From Chloroflexota bacterium (GTDB lineage Bacteria > Chloroflexota > Dehalococcoidia > DSTF01 > JACRBR01), in the NCBI GenBank assembly GCA_016213125.1, contig JACRBR010000354.1, forward strand, positions 1-40,026: a stretch of DNA of 40,026 bases, written 5' to 3'. Numbering within the stretch: position 1 is the stretch's first letter; every line of letters starts with the position of its first letter. Shown here in pieces: positions 15,976 to 24,757 of the stretch. The notes under the pieces were generated by a model. The model worked only from the letters and a program-made list of their open reading frames with translations. It was not told the DNA's origin and did not search any database. Made by a program: the position numbers and the translations under genes.

Positions 15976-18768
15976 GTGGCCACACTTCGGCCTGTCGCAG
16001 GCGCCGGAACCCACGACGCATCGGCCCAACCGTACCGCGACCAGCTCGCCTTCGACCGCTGGGGGTGGGGGAGCCACTGCGTCGACTGCTATCCAAGCAA
16101 CTGCCCCTACCGCGTCTATGTGAAGGACGGCGTCATTGTCCGCGAAGAACAGTCGGGCTCATTCGACGTGGTGGAGCCGGGCGTTCCCGACATGAACCCC
16201 ATGGGCTGCCAGAAGGGCGGCTCCTGGAGCAGGCTGCTGTACGGCGGCGAGCGCATTCTCCACCCGATGCGGCGCGCCGGCGAGCGAGGAGAGGGGCGAT
16301 GGACCCGCATCTCCTGGGACGAGGCGCTCACCGAGATCTCGGAGAAGATGCTCGACACGATCCAGCACGAGGGCCCGGAGAGCATCGTGCGCGTCGGTAC
16401 GCCGGGGCAGGGGGGTGCACAGAGCATCGCCCTTGGCGGCGCGATCTTCAACAAGCTGGGCTGCACGACCACGGACGTGCAGGGCGAGATCAACGACTGG
16501 AGTCCCGGCGTCTACGCGACGTTCGGCCGGTTTGACCCCTGCGCCAGCAACGACGACTGGTTCCACTCCGACGTTCTGGTCATCTGGGGAAACAATCCCG
16601 CCTACAGCGACATCCCCCTCTACCACTACATCACCGAAACCCGATACCACGGCGCGCAGGTGGTGGTGATCGCCCCCGACTTCAGTCCTTCGGCCGTGCA
16701 CGCCGACCTGTTCGCACCGGTGCGCATCGGGTCGGACGCCGCGCTGGCGCTGGCGATGTGCCGCGTCATCATCGACGAACATCTCATGGACCGGGGGTTC
16801 GTACGCGAGCAGACGGACCTGCCCCTGCTGGTCCGGCGGGACAACGGGAGATTCCTGCGCCAGTCCGACCTCATCGAGGGCGGCCGCGACGACATATTCC
16901 ATGTGTTCGACAAGACGGACCAGCGCGTGGCGGAAGCGCCTCGCACGCTCGACCTGGGCGCGCTGGTGCCCGCGCTCCAGGGGACGTTCACGGTGACGTT
17001 GAAGGACGGCGCTCAGGTGGACGTGAGCCCCGCGTTCGTGCTCCTGGTCGAGAAGCTCCGGGAGTTTCCTCCGGAAGCCGCTGCGGGCGTGTGTGGCGTC
17101 CACGCCGACGTCATCCGGCGCCTGGCGCGCATGGTCGCTGGCGGCAAGACACACATCCTGGACGGCTGGACGTTCGGGAAGTCCTACCACGGCGATCTCA
17201 TCGAACGTGCGATGTGCCTGGTGCTGGCGCTGACCGGCAACTGGGGGAAGCAGGGCGCGGGAATCCGCAGCTGGGCGGTGGGGATGTTCGACGGGATGTT
17301 CACCTGGTCCGCAAAGGCCAAACCCGGGGTGGAGGCGGCCCGCCAGATGCAGGCCGGGCTCAACGCCATGACGGCTGGCGCGCTCGAGCAGGACCCAACG
17401 CTGACCGAGGAACTCATCGTGCACGAGATGGGGTATCGCGGCGCGGCGATGGGCGGCAACGTGCCCCCGGCATTCTTCTGGTTCAACCACTGCGGTTACC
17501 GGGAGATCTGGGACCGGCCCGGCTGGGGCGATCCGGCGATGAAGCGGACCCTGTCGGAGTACGTGAAGGAGGCCATCGACCGCGGCTGGTGGGGCGGCGC
17601 GCAGTACCCGGCGCCGGACTCCTCTCCGCGGGTGCTGTTCGAGATCGGCGGTAACCTGCTACGCCGGCAGCGCGGGGGGCAGCAGCAGTTGTTGAAGCAC
17701 CTCTGGCCGAAGCTGGAACTCGTCGTCTCGCTCGACGTACGCATGACGACGACAGGCCTGTGGTCAGACATCGTCCTGCCCGCCGCCCATCACTACGAGA
17801 AGCCGAACTTCCCCTACACGACGCCGGATGTGATGAACCTCACACTCTCCGACCGGGTGGTGGAGCCGCCCGACGACGTCAAGAGTGAATGGCAGTTCAC
17901 GCAGGCGCTGGCAAACAAGCTTTCGGAGCGCGCGGTCGCGCGCGGCTTCACGTCGTTCCAGTCGCGGCTTGGCATGCCGGTCCGGCTCGATAACCTTTAC
18001 AACGAGATCACAAAGGACGGGCACTACGCCGAGGACGACACCGTCATCAATGAGATGGTGATCGACTCCGCGGCAGCGGGAACGCTGCCGGAGGAGACGA
18101 CGCTGGAGACGCTTCGTGAGACCGGGTACGTGCGCTTCACCGCGTGGGGCCGGTCGCCCATGGCGCTCGCGCAGGCATCAGACCTCAAGCCGCATGAGAC
18201 GCATTCGCCGTTCCGCTGGCAAACCGAGAAGAAGCAGCCGTTCCCCACGCTGACGCGGCGCGCCCAGTTCTACATCGATCACGACTGGTTCCTGGAGGCC
18301 GGCGAAGAGCTGCCCACGCATAAGGAGCCACCATGGCAGGGTGGCGACTACCCGCTGGAGATCACGGGCGGGCATCCCCGCTGGAGCGCGAACTCAACGA
18401 ACATGACCAACCGGATCATCCTGAACACGCATCGAGGCAAGCCGACCGTATACGTGAACGACCGCGACGCCGTCGCGCGTGGGATCGTTGATGGCGACGA
18501 TATCCGCGTCTTCAACGACGTCTCGGAGGCCTTCGTCGAGGCGCGCGTGACTCCATCCGTCCGCCCGGGTCAGCTGATCATGTACAACGGGTTCGAGCCA
18601 TACCAGTTCGAGGGTTGGCGCGACACGGCGAACGTCGAGCCTGGGATGGTGAAGTGGCTGCACTTCGCGGGCGGATACGGCCACCTGCGCTACCGCGCCA
18701 TTCACTGGCAGCCGGTGCCCATCGACCGTGGTGTGCACGCGAACATCGAACTCGCACATTCCCGCTGA
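15976..18768 (+). CDS. Type-II DMSO-reductase-family molybdopterin oxidoreductase, catalytic alpha subunit (paralog A; no Tat signal)
   Basis: ORF track 15850..18768. GTG 15976 lies 5 nt after GAAGGAA. FS0 motif WGSHCVDCYPSNCPYRVYVKDG. Blocks EINDWSPG, REQTDLPLLVR, YHGDLIER...ALTGNWG, TLTRRAQFYIDHDWFLEAGE and GGYGHLRY. Monocistronic. Confidence 0.92.
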   Translation: MATLRPVAGAGTHDASAQPYRDQLAFDRWGWGSHCVDCYPSNCPYRVYVKDGVIVREEQSGSFDVVEPGVPDMNPMGCQKGGSWSRLLYGGERILHPMRRAGERGEGRWTRISWDEALTEISEKMLDTIQHEGPESIVRVGTPGQGGAQSIALGGAIFNKLGCTTTDVQGEINDWSPGVYATFGRFDPCASNDDWFHSDVLVIWGNNPAYSDIPLYHYITETRYHGAQVVVIAPDFSPSAVHADLFAPVRIGSDAALALAMCRVIIDEHLMDRGFVREQTDLPLLVRRDNGRFLRQSDLIEGGRDDIFHVFDKTDQRVAEAPRTLDLGALVPALQGTFTVTLKDGAQVDVSPAFVLLVEKLREFPPEAAAGVCGVHADVIRRLARMVAGGKTHILDGWTFGKSYHGDLIERAMCLVLALTGNWGKQGAGIRSWAVGMFDGMFTWSAKAKPGVEAARQMQAGLNAMTAGALEQDPTLTEELIVHEMGYRGAAMGGNVPPAFFWFNHCGYREIWDRPGWGDPAMKRTLSEYVKEAIDRGWWGGAQYPAPDSSPRVLFEIGGNLLRRQRGGQQQLLKHLWPKLELVVSLDVRMTTTGLWSDIVLPAAHHYEKPNFPYTTPDVMNLTLSDRVVEPPDDVKSEWQFTQALANKLSERAVARGFTSFQSRLGMPVRLDNLYNEITKDGHYAEDDTVINEMVIDSAAAGTLPEETTLETLRETGYVRFTAWGRSPMALAQASDLKPHETHSPFRWQTEKKQPFPTLTRRAQFYIDHDWFLEAGEELPTHKEPPWQGGDYPLEITGGHPRWSANSTNMTNRIILNTHRGKPTVYVNDRDAVARGIVDGDDIRVFNDVSEAFVEARVTPSVRPGQLIMYNGFEPYQFEGWRDTANVEPGMVKWLHFAGGYGHLRYRAIHWQPVPIDRGVHANIELAHSR

Positions 18769-18825
18769 CGAAGCGGAGCCAGCCTGCCGATTGAAGCAGC
18801 AAGTGCGACATTCGGAGACAGAGAG

Positions 18826-18849
18826 CGGGCGCCCCTCGCGAGGCGCCCG
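18826..18849. terminator. Bidirectional hairpin between convergent alpha-A and alpha-B
   Basis: 8-bp stem CGGGCGCC / GGCGCCCG with an 8-nt loop, in the 115-nt gap between the two stops. Confidence 0.5.
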
Positions 18850-18883
18850 ACCGTCTGTCGTCCGAAATGACCGTCCGTTCGTT

Positions 18884-21673
18884 TTAGGCGGTGACCTTTC
18901 GCACATCGGCCCTGGTGCCGCGGCAGGCCGGAGCAGGCTGCCACTGGTTGGGCCAGTACTTCAGGTGGCCGTAGCCGCCTGCCAGGTGGAGCCACTTGAT
19001 CATGCCCGGCTCGATGTCCGAGGGGCCGTCCCAACTCGGGAACTGGTACGGCTCCCAGCCGTTGTACATGATGATCTGCCCCGGCCTCGCCGAAGGCGAA
19101 AGCTTCAGCGGTGTGCGGTACGAGCCCATGTCGTTGAACACCTCGACCACTTCATTGTCGAAGACGTCCCGGGCTGCCGCGTCCGAGGGGTTCATGATGA
19201 GGTGCGGCTCCCCACGGTGAGTCTGCAGCATCATCTTGTTTACGATGTTCGCCGAGTGGACGCTCCAGCGGTTGTGCCCGCTGGTGATCAACAGCGGATA
19301 GTCCCCGCCGGACTTCGGCGGGTCCTTGTGGCGCGGCAGCTGCTCGTCGGCCTCAAAGAACCAGTCGTGATCGATGTAGAACTGCGCCCGCCGCGTCAGC
19401 GTCGGGTACGGGAACTTCTTCTCTACGTGGTGGCGAAGCGGCGCGAAGGTGCTGTCGGCCTCGATGTCGCTGGCCTGGCCGAGCGCCCGCGCGTTCATGC
19501 CAAGCCCGGTGAAGCGAATGAATCCCTTCTCGCGCACCGTCTCCAGACTCGATCCTTCAGGCAGCGCACCGGTAATGATCGTGTCCTTGATCATCTCGTC
19601 GGCCAGGTCGTCCTCGGTGGCGTACGCATCGTTACAGGAGTAGCGCTCGTACAGGTCGTCGAGGCGACGCTCGACGCCGGTGGCGTCCTTGTAGGTCACG
19701 AAGCCCCGGGCCTTCGCCCGCGCGGCGACGGCCTTCGAGAGCAGGCCGAATATTTCCAGCTCGTTCTTCGCCTCGTCGATGGGTGGGATCACCTTGTCGC
19801 AGAAGGTCAGGTTCAGGGTGTGCGTGCTGGGAATGCCAAAACTGATCTTCTCGTACTGCGCGGCGATGGGCAGAACGTAGTCCGAGTGCAGCGCCGTCGC
19901 GCTCATCCGGTAGTCCATCGTGGCGATCGTCGTGAGCTTTGGCCATAGGTTCGTGAGCAGCATCTTCCTGCCGCCGCGCGTCCGCCGCAGCGCGTTGCCC
20001 CCGCACTCGATGAATACGCGCGGCTCCGGGTTCTTCGCGGGGACACCGGCCCACCAGCCCTTCTCCAGCGACTCGTTGTAATAGTCGTCGAAGGGACGCG
20101 GCATCTCTGCGTCGTTCCAGTCGGCGCGGTTCCACGTCTTGTCGTAGCCGGCGTGGTTGTACCAGAGGAAGACGGGCGGCACCCACCCGGTCTTACCACC
20201 GTTGGACGAGCGCTTGGTGAACTCGATGGTGGCCATCTCCTGGGTCATCGTTGGGTCTTCGGCGCGCACACCCCCCACGAAGCCCTGGTAGCCGTTGTAC
20301 AGCATCTTCGTCATCTCGGGGCCGGCGGCTGGCTTGGCGGCGGCCATCAGCCAGCCGTCGAACAGCGCGGCGAGCCATGCTTGCACGCCGGTGCCCTTCT
20401 TGCCCCAGTTGCCGGTCAGCGCCAGCAGCAGCAACTGCGCCCGCTCGATGAGGTCGCCGTGGTAGTACTTGCCGGCGTTGTTCAGGCTGCCCAGCGTCTT
20501 GGTGCGGCCGTGGGCCACCTTGCGCGCGATCTCGCGGATCGTGGCGGGGTCGATGCCACACATCGGACCGGCCTTTTCCGCCGTGTAATCGGCGAGCCGC
20601 GGGACGACGCGATCGTACACCGGGCGCGCCGTGACGGTCGTGCCATCCTTTAGCTGCACCTTGACCGACCCGGTGAGAGCGGGATCGACGTCACCCGAGG
20701 CGAGCGTGTCGCGCGGCGCAGGAGCGATCTTCCCCGTGCGCGCGTCCAGCCAGAAGAACTGCTCGGCGTGTCCGTCCTCGCGCAGGTCGCTCTCGACGAG
20801 GAAGCGCTCATTGTCCTCGCGCACAAGGATCGGAAGGTCGGTCTGCTCCTTGACGAACGCCTCGTCCACCAGCCCCTCTTCGACGACGGTGGCAGCCATG
20901 CCAAGGGCCAGCGCGGCGTCAGTGCCCGGCTTCACCGGCAGGTAGTAGTCCGCGTGCATGGCGGAGGGCGAGTAGTCCGGCGCGACGGTTACCACGGTTG
21001 CGCCGCGGTAGCGGGCCTCGGTGATGTAATGCTGGTGAGGGATCCGCGTGTACGCCGGGTTCGAGAACCAGATGAAGAACACGTCGGCGTGGAACCAGTC
21101 GTCGATGCTGCTCACCGGGTCGAACTTCCCGTAGGTCAGGTAATGTCCGGGCGAGAAGTCGTTCATCTCGGCGTTCAGGTCGGTTGTCAGGCCGCCGATC
21201 AGGCCGTAGAAGCGGGTCCGCCCGGTGACGCCCCAGGTGCTCATATTGCAGCCCGAGAGCGCGATCATCGATTCCGGCCCTTGGTCGATGATGCCGTCGA
21301 TGATGCCGTCCGCGATCTCCTCGCAGGCCTGCTGCCAGGAGATTCGCTCCCACTTTCCGGAGCCTCGCTCGCCCACGCGCCGGGCGGGGAAGTGCAGGCG
21401 CTCGCCCCCGGAGATGGTGGAACTCCAACCGGCGCCCTTCTGGCAGCCCATGGGGTTCATGTCGGGGACACCGGCTTCGATGACCGGCATGACGCCGGCC
21501 TGCTCCTCCCAGACGATCTCACCGTCGCGCGTGTACACGCGATACGGGCAGTTGCCGGGGTAGCAGTCGATGCAGTGGCTGCCCCACACTACGCGGTCGT
21601 AGGAGAAGCGATCACGATACTTTGACTCGGTCGCCTGGCGGCCGAGGTCGGTGACTAGGGTCTGCGCAGGCAT
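18884..21673 (-). CDS. Type-II DMSO-reductase-family molybdopterin oxidoreductase, alpha subunit (paralog B; no Tat signal)
   Basis: ORF track, 929 aa. WGSHCIDCYPGNCPYRVYTRDG, EMNDFSPG, KEQTDLPILVR, YYHGDLIER...ALTGNWG, TLTRRAQFYIDHDWFFEADE and GGYGHLKY. Monocistronic. Confidence 0.92.
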   Translation of the reverse strand: MPAQTLVTDLGRQATESKYRDRFSYDRVVWGSHCIDCYPGNCPYRVYTRDGEIVWEEQAGVMPVIEAGVPDMNPMGCQKGAGWSSTISGGERLHFPARRVGERGSGKWERISWQQACEEIADGIIDGIIDQGPESMIALSGCNMSTWGVTGRTRFYGLIGGLTTDLNAEMNDFSPGHYLTYGKFDPVSSIDDWFHADVFFIWFSNPAYTRIPHQHYITEARYRGATVVTVAPDYSPSAMHADYYLPVKPGTDAALALGMAATVVEEGLVDEAFVKEQTDLPILVREDNERFLVESDLREDGHAEQFFWLDARTGKIAPAPRDTLASGDVDPALTGSVKVQLKDGTTVTARPVYDRVVPRLADYTAEKAGPMCGIDPATIREIARKVAHGRTKTLGSLNNAGKYYHGDLIERAQLLLLALTGNWGKKGTGVQAWLAALFDGWLMAAAKPAAGPEMTKMLYNGYQGFVGGVRAEDPTMTQEMATIEFTKRSSNGGKTGWVPPVFLWYNHAGYDKTWNRADWNDAEMPRPFDDYYNESLEKGWWAGVPAKNPEPRVFIECGGNALRRTRGGRKMLLTNLWPKLTTIATMDYRMSATALHSDYVLPIAAQYEKISFGIPSTHTLNLTFCDKVIPPIDEAKNELEIFGLLSKAVAARAKARGFVTYKDATGVERRLDDLYERYSCNDAYATEDDLADEMIKDTIITGALPEGSSLETVREKGFIRFTGLGMNARALGQASDIEADSTFAPLRHHVEKKFPYPTLTRRAQFYIDHDWFFEADEQLPRHKDPPKSGGDYPLLITSGHNRWSVHSANIVNKMMLQTHRGEPHLIMNPSDAAARDVFDNEVVEVFNDMGSYRTPLKLSPSARPGQIIMYNGWEPYQFPSWDGPSDIEPGMIKWLHLAGGYGHLKYWPNQWQPAPACRGTRADVRKVTA

Positions 21674-21752
21674 GGAACCTCCGTGGGGAGGCCGGTCGCC
21701 ATCATCGTCGTTTCCATCGAGCCGGCGGACAAGTGCCGGTTATCAGGTCGCC

Positions 21753-21768
21753 CGGGCCATATGGCCCG
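21753..21768. promoter_or_regulatory. 16-bp perfect palindrome in the divergent alpha-B / mobB-fmdE promoter region
   Basis: CGGGCCATATGGCCCG, read directly. It lies in the 175-nt divergent intergenic region. Confidence 0.3.
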
Positions 21769-21848
21769 CGCCATTGTGCCTGCTGGCCCGAGCCACGCGA
21801 CTATCGGCTCTACCAGCGGGCTGTACTCGGGCGGAAACTCTGATCACT

Positions 21849-22964
21849 GTGACGCAAGTGATTCGCATCATCGGGCGGTCGGGTTCCGGCAAGACGACGC
21901 TACTGTGCGAAGTGGTGCGTTTCCTTGCGGATGCCGGTCTGCGCATCGCCGTGTTCAAGCACGCGCACCATCGTGTCGATCTCGATCGGAAGGGGAAGGA
22001 CTCCTTCCGCTTCGCCGAGGCCGGCGCCGCGTTCGTGACCGTCGTCTCGCCGGAGAAGGTCGCGGCATTCGAGGCTGTCACGAGCGGCGAGCCGACGCTG
22101 GAGGAGTTGCAGGCCCGTGTGCCCGCCGGGATCGTCCTGATCCTGACAGTGGGGTTCCATGCAGGAGAACCGCCCTACTTCCTGCTGCTTGGAGCGGAGA
22201 CAGAGCCGGACGAGCGCGCGCATCACGGCGAGCTGCTGGGCGTTATCGGCCGCCGCACCGGGTCCGGGACCGCCGCGATGTTCGACAGGGCCGACGCGGC
22301 CGGTGTCGCGCGCGCCATCCTGGCGCATGTCGGCCGGCGCGCAGCAGCCACACCGGACGAGCGGCTGAACGCGCTCCTGCGAGAGGCGAAGGCATATCAC
22401 GGGCACCTGTGCCCCGGGCAGTTGCTGGGTGTGCGCCTGGCGGTCCTGGGTTGCCGCGCCGTCGGCATCGAAGAGCCTCGCACCTCCAAGAAGCTGATCG
22501 TGTGGGTGGAGACGGATCGTTGTGGTACGGACGCGGTGCAGACGGTCACCGGATGCAAGCTGGGCAAGCGCTCGCTCAAGTTCGTGGACAACGGCAAGCT
22601 GGCCGCGACCTTCCTGAATACAGAGACGGGCGAGGCGGTGCGCGTGCTGGCTCGCGCGGACTCTCGCGAAAAGGCCGCCGCCGCGTACCCGAACCTCGAG
22701 CGGCACGCGGCGCAGATGGAGGCCTACCGCCTGTTGCCGGACGAAGCGCTGTTTGCCACGGAACCTGTACAGGTGACGCTGGGTGAGTTGGATCGGCCGG
22801 GCAAGCCGCAGATTCGGGTGACCTGCACCGCCTGCGGGGAAGAGGTGAGCGACGGGCGCCACGTGCAAGGCGACGATGGCCCACTGTGCCGTTCCTGCGC
22901 CGGCGGTGCCTATTACGTGGCGCTGGGCAGCAGCGGCGATGTGAAGTCGGAGGCGCGATGGTAA
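21849..22964 (+). CDS. MobB (MGD biosynthesis adapter, P-loop) fused to an FmdE-like domain with C-terminal zinc ribbon
   Basis: In frame with ORF 21651..22964. GTG 21849 is chosen because MobB proteins begin just before the P-loop (weak RBS, so the start is uncertain). MobB part: IIGRSGSGKTTL...VFKHAHH...KGKDSFRFAEAGA. FmdE part: YHGHLCPGQLLGVRL...ETDRCGTDAVQ...CTACGEEV...CRSC. Confidence 0.8.
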   Translation: MTQVIRIIGRSGSGKTTLLCEVVRFLADAGLRIAVFKHAHHRVDLDRKGKDSFRFAEAGAAFVTVVSPEKVAAFEAVTSGEPTLEELQARVPAGIVLILTVGFHAGEPPYFLLLGAETEPDERAHHGELLGVIGRRTGSGTAAMFDRADAAGVARAILAHVGRRAAATPDERLNALLREAKAYHGHLCPGQLLGVRLAVLGCRAVGIEEPRTSKKLIVWVETDRCGTDAVQTVTGCKLGKRSLKFVDNGKLAATFLNTETGEAVRVLARADSREKAAAAYPNLERHAAQMEAYRLLPDEALFATEPVQVTLGELDRPGKPQIRVTCTACGEEVSDGRHVQGDDGPLCRSCAGGAYYVALGSSGDVKSEARW

Positions 22965-23611
22965 CCGCAGTCCGTGTCTCGGCATCAGACGACGCTCTGC
23001 TCAATCCGGAAGGAAGCGGCTGGCGTGGGATCGGCCTTGAGCGTATCGAGCTGACCCCGACGCCCATCGTCCTCCAGCCGTCGGAGTACGTCCAGAATAA
23101 GTGGGAGCCCCTGGGCCACGGCGCGACGCCGGAGGTCCGGGTGGCGGCCGCGCACAACGGGACGGCCATCTTCTTCAGGATGGAATGGGACGACCCCACC
23201 GACAACAGCCAGCCGAACGACATGGCCGATTTCCCGGACCAGGCTGGTGTCATGATGCCGGTCAAGCAGGACGCGCCGATCACGGAAATGGGCCTCCCCG
23301 ATCAGCCCGTCAACATGTGGCTGTGGCGCCCCGATATGGAAGCGCCTCTGTATGTGACCTCGACGGGACGCGGCACCTCAGTTCGCCAGCCCGATACCCC
23401 GCTCTCGGGCTCGGGCATTTGGAGCGACGGGGTCTGGCGCGTGGTGGTTTCACGGCCCTTCAACGTGTCAATGCCGGCGGGCATCGTGGTCCCGCTCGCC
23501 CCAGGTGTCAGCCACAAGTGCACCTTCGCCGTCTGGCAGGGTGCGGCCAAGGAGCGCGGCGGACTCAAAGCCTTTCAGGCAACCTGGCAGCCGCTGGAGG
23601 TAGAACGATGA
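22958..23611 (+). CDS. EB_dh-type gamma subunit (heme-b subunit of type-II DMSOR enzymes), paralog 1, no signal peptide
   Basis: ATG 22958 follows GGAGG and overlaps the upstream stop (ATGGTAA). VRVAAAHNGTAIFFRMEWDD, FPDQAGVMMPV and WQGAAKERGGLKAFQATWQPL resemble EbdC/DdhC/SerC-type subunits. Confidence 0.8.
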   Translation: MVTAVRVSASDDALLNPEGSGWRGIGLERIELTPTPIVLQPSEYVQNKWEPLGHGATPEVRVAAAHNGTAIFFRMEWDDPTDNSQPNDMADFPDQAGVMMPVKQDAPITEMGLPDQPVNMWLWRPDMEAPLYVTSTGRGTSVRQPDTPLSGSGIWSDGVWRVVVSRPFNVSMPAGIVVPLAPGVSHKCTFAVWQGAAKERGGLKAFQATWQPLEVER

Positions 23612-24261
23612 CCGTCGCACCCGCCGTTGAGATCGATGAGGCGACCGCCGCGCGGTTCGCCATGTACCACAGCCTGACCGCCGCGTTGGAGTTCCCGTCG
23701 CGGACATTCTGGGAGGACGTCGGCTGCCGCGCGTTCGCTGACGGCGTTCAGGCGCTGATCGAAGGGCTTCCCTACGAGCTGTCGCGCGATCTTCCGCTGA
23801 AGGGGCTGGCCGGGAGCGGCGACTACGTCGACTTCCAGGGAGAGTACATCCGGCTGTTCGACGTCGGCGCCGTGCGGCCACCTTGTCCGTTGTACGCGGG
23901 GGAATGGGGGACGCCCAGGCGGCAAGCGATGGAGGACGCGCTTCGCTTCTACCGCTTCTTCGGCCTGAAGATGAACGAGGACGCGCGGGAACTCCCGGAC
24001 CACGTGACGGTGCAGCTTGAGTTCATGCAGGTGATGACACACGCGGAGGGCGAGGCGCGCGCGAACAACCAGGACCCGTCGCCGCTCATTCGCGCAGAGC
24101 GCGACTTTCTTCAGCGTCACCTGGCGCGGTGGTGGCCCCTGCTCCGCAAGCGGATCCCGAGCCAGCAGCCGTCCGCCTTCTACGACGCGCTCACGGCACT
24201 GGCGGAGAACTTCCTCGTCGCCGACCACGCGTACGTCCGCCGGCTGGCCGCGTCAGCCTGA
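23608..24261 (+). CDS. NarJ/TorD/DmsD-family redox-enzyme maturation chaperone (delta subunit)
   Basis: ATG 23608 overlaps the gamma TGA (ATGA). YIRLFDVGAVRPPCPLYAGEW...ALRFYRFFGL...ELPDHVTVQLEFM is typical of this chaperone family. Confidence 0.8.
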   Translation: MTVAPAVEIDEATAARFAMYHSLTAALEFPSRTFWEDVGCRAFADGVQALIEGLPYELSRDLPLKGLAGSGDYVDFQGEYIRLFDVGAVRPPCPLYAGEWGTPRRQAMEDALRFYRFFGLKMNEDARELPDHVTVQLEFMQVMTHAEGEARANNQDPSPLIRAERDFLQRHLARWWPLLRKRIPSQQPSAFYDALTALAENFLVADHAYVRRLAASA

Positions 24262-24282
24262 GAATCCGCTGGCGCCCTTGGG

Positions 24283-24735
24283 CTACGTCGACTTTGGCGG
24301 GCGCATCGACTGCGGCACCTGCAGGAAGCTGTAGGTCTTCAGCGTAAACAGCGGCCGCGACCACTTCACGCCGACCTTGAGGCGGCGCCGGAGCATCGCC
24401 GTATAAGGATTGGCGATCCCCACGAGCGTTTCGGTCTGCAGTTTCAGTGGTCCCTTGACCGTGCCGTCGAGATCGGTATCGAAGCCGTTCTTGATCACGA
24501 GCCCATCTTCGTCGAAGACAAGCGTCACCAGAGCCTCCGGCTCAGTTGAGTGCAGGCCCAGCTTTCCGTGGATCCCCGCGGCCGCCCTGGCCTTCGCCGG
24601 ATCCTCGGCGACGATGTCCTCGATGTGCTTCTTCAGCAGCGTGGCGAGGATGTTGGCGTCTTCTTCGCCATCGGCCAGGGTGACCCCGAACTTCGGCCTG
24701 GTTGCCCCGTCGATGGTGGCGGTCTGGTTCATCAC
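24283..24735 (-). CDS. SCP2 (sterol carrier protein 2)-like lipid/hydrophobic-ligand binding domain protein
   Basis: ORF track. CAGGAG RBS, 22 nt downstream of the alpha-C stop and so co-transcribed. LVTLVFDEDGLVIKNGFDTDLDGTVKGPLKLQTETLVGIANPYTAMLRRRLKV fits the SCP2 fold pattern. Confidence 0.65.
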   Translation of the reverse strand: MMNQTATIDGATRPKFGVTLADGEEDANILATLLKKHIEDIVAEDPAKARAAAGIHGKLGLHSTEPEALVTLVFDEDGLVIKNGFDTDLDGTVKGPLKLQTETLVGIANPYTAMLRRRLKVGVKWSRPLFTLKTYSFLQVPQSMRPPKST

Positions 24736-24757
24736 GATCTCCTGATGGTTGCCTGGA

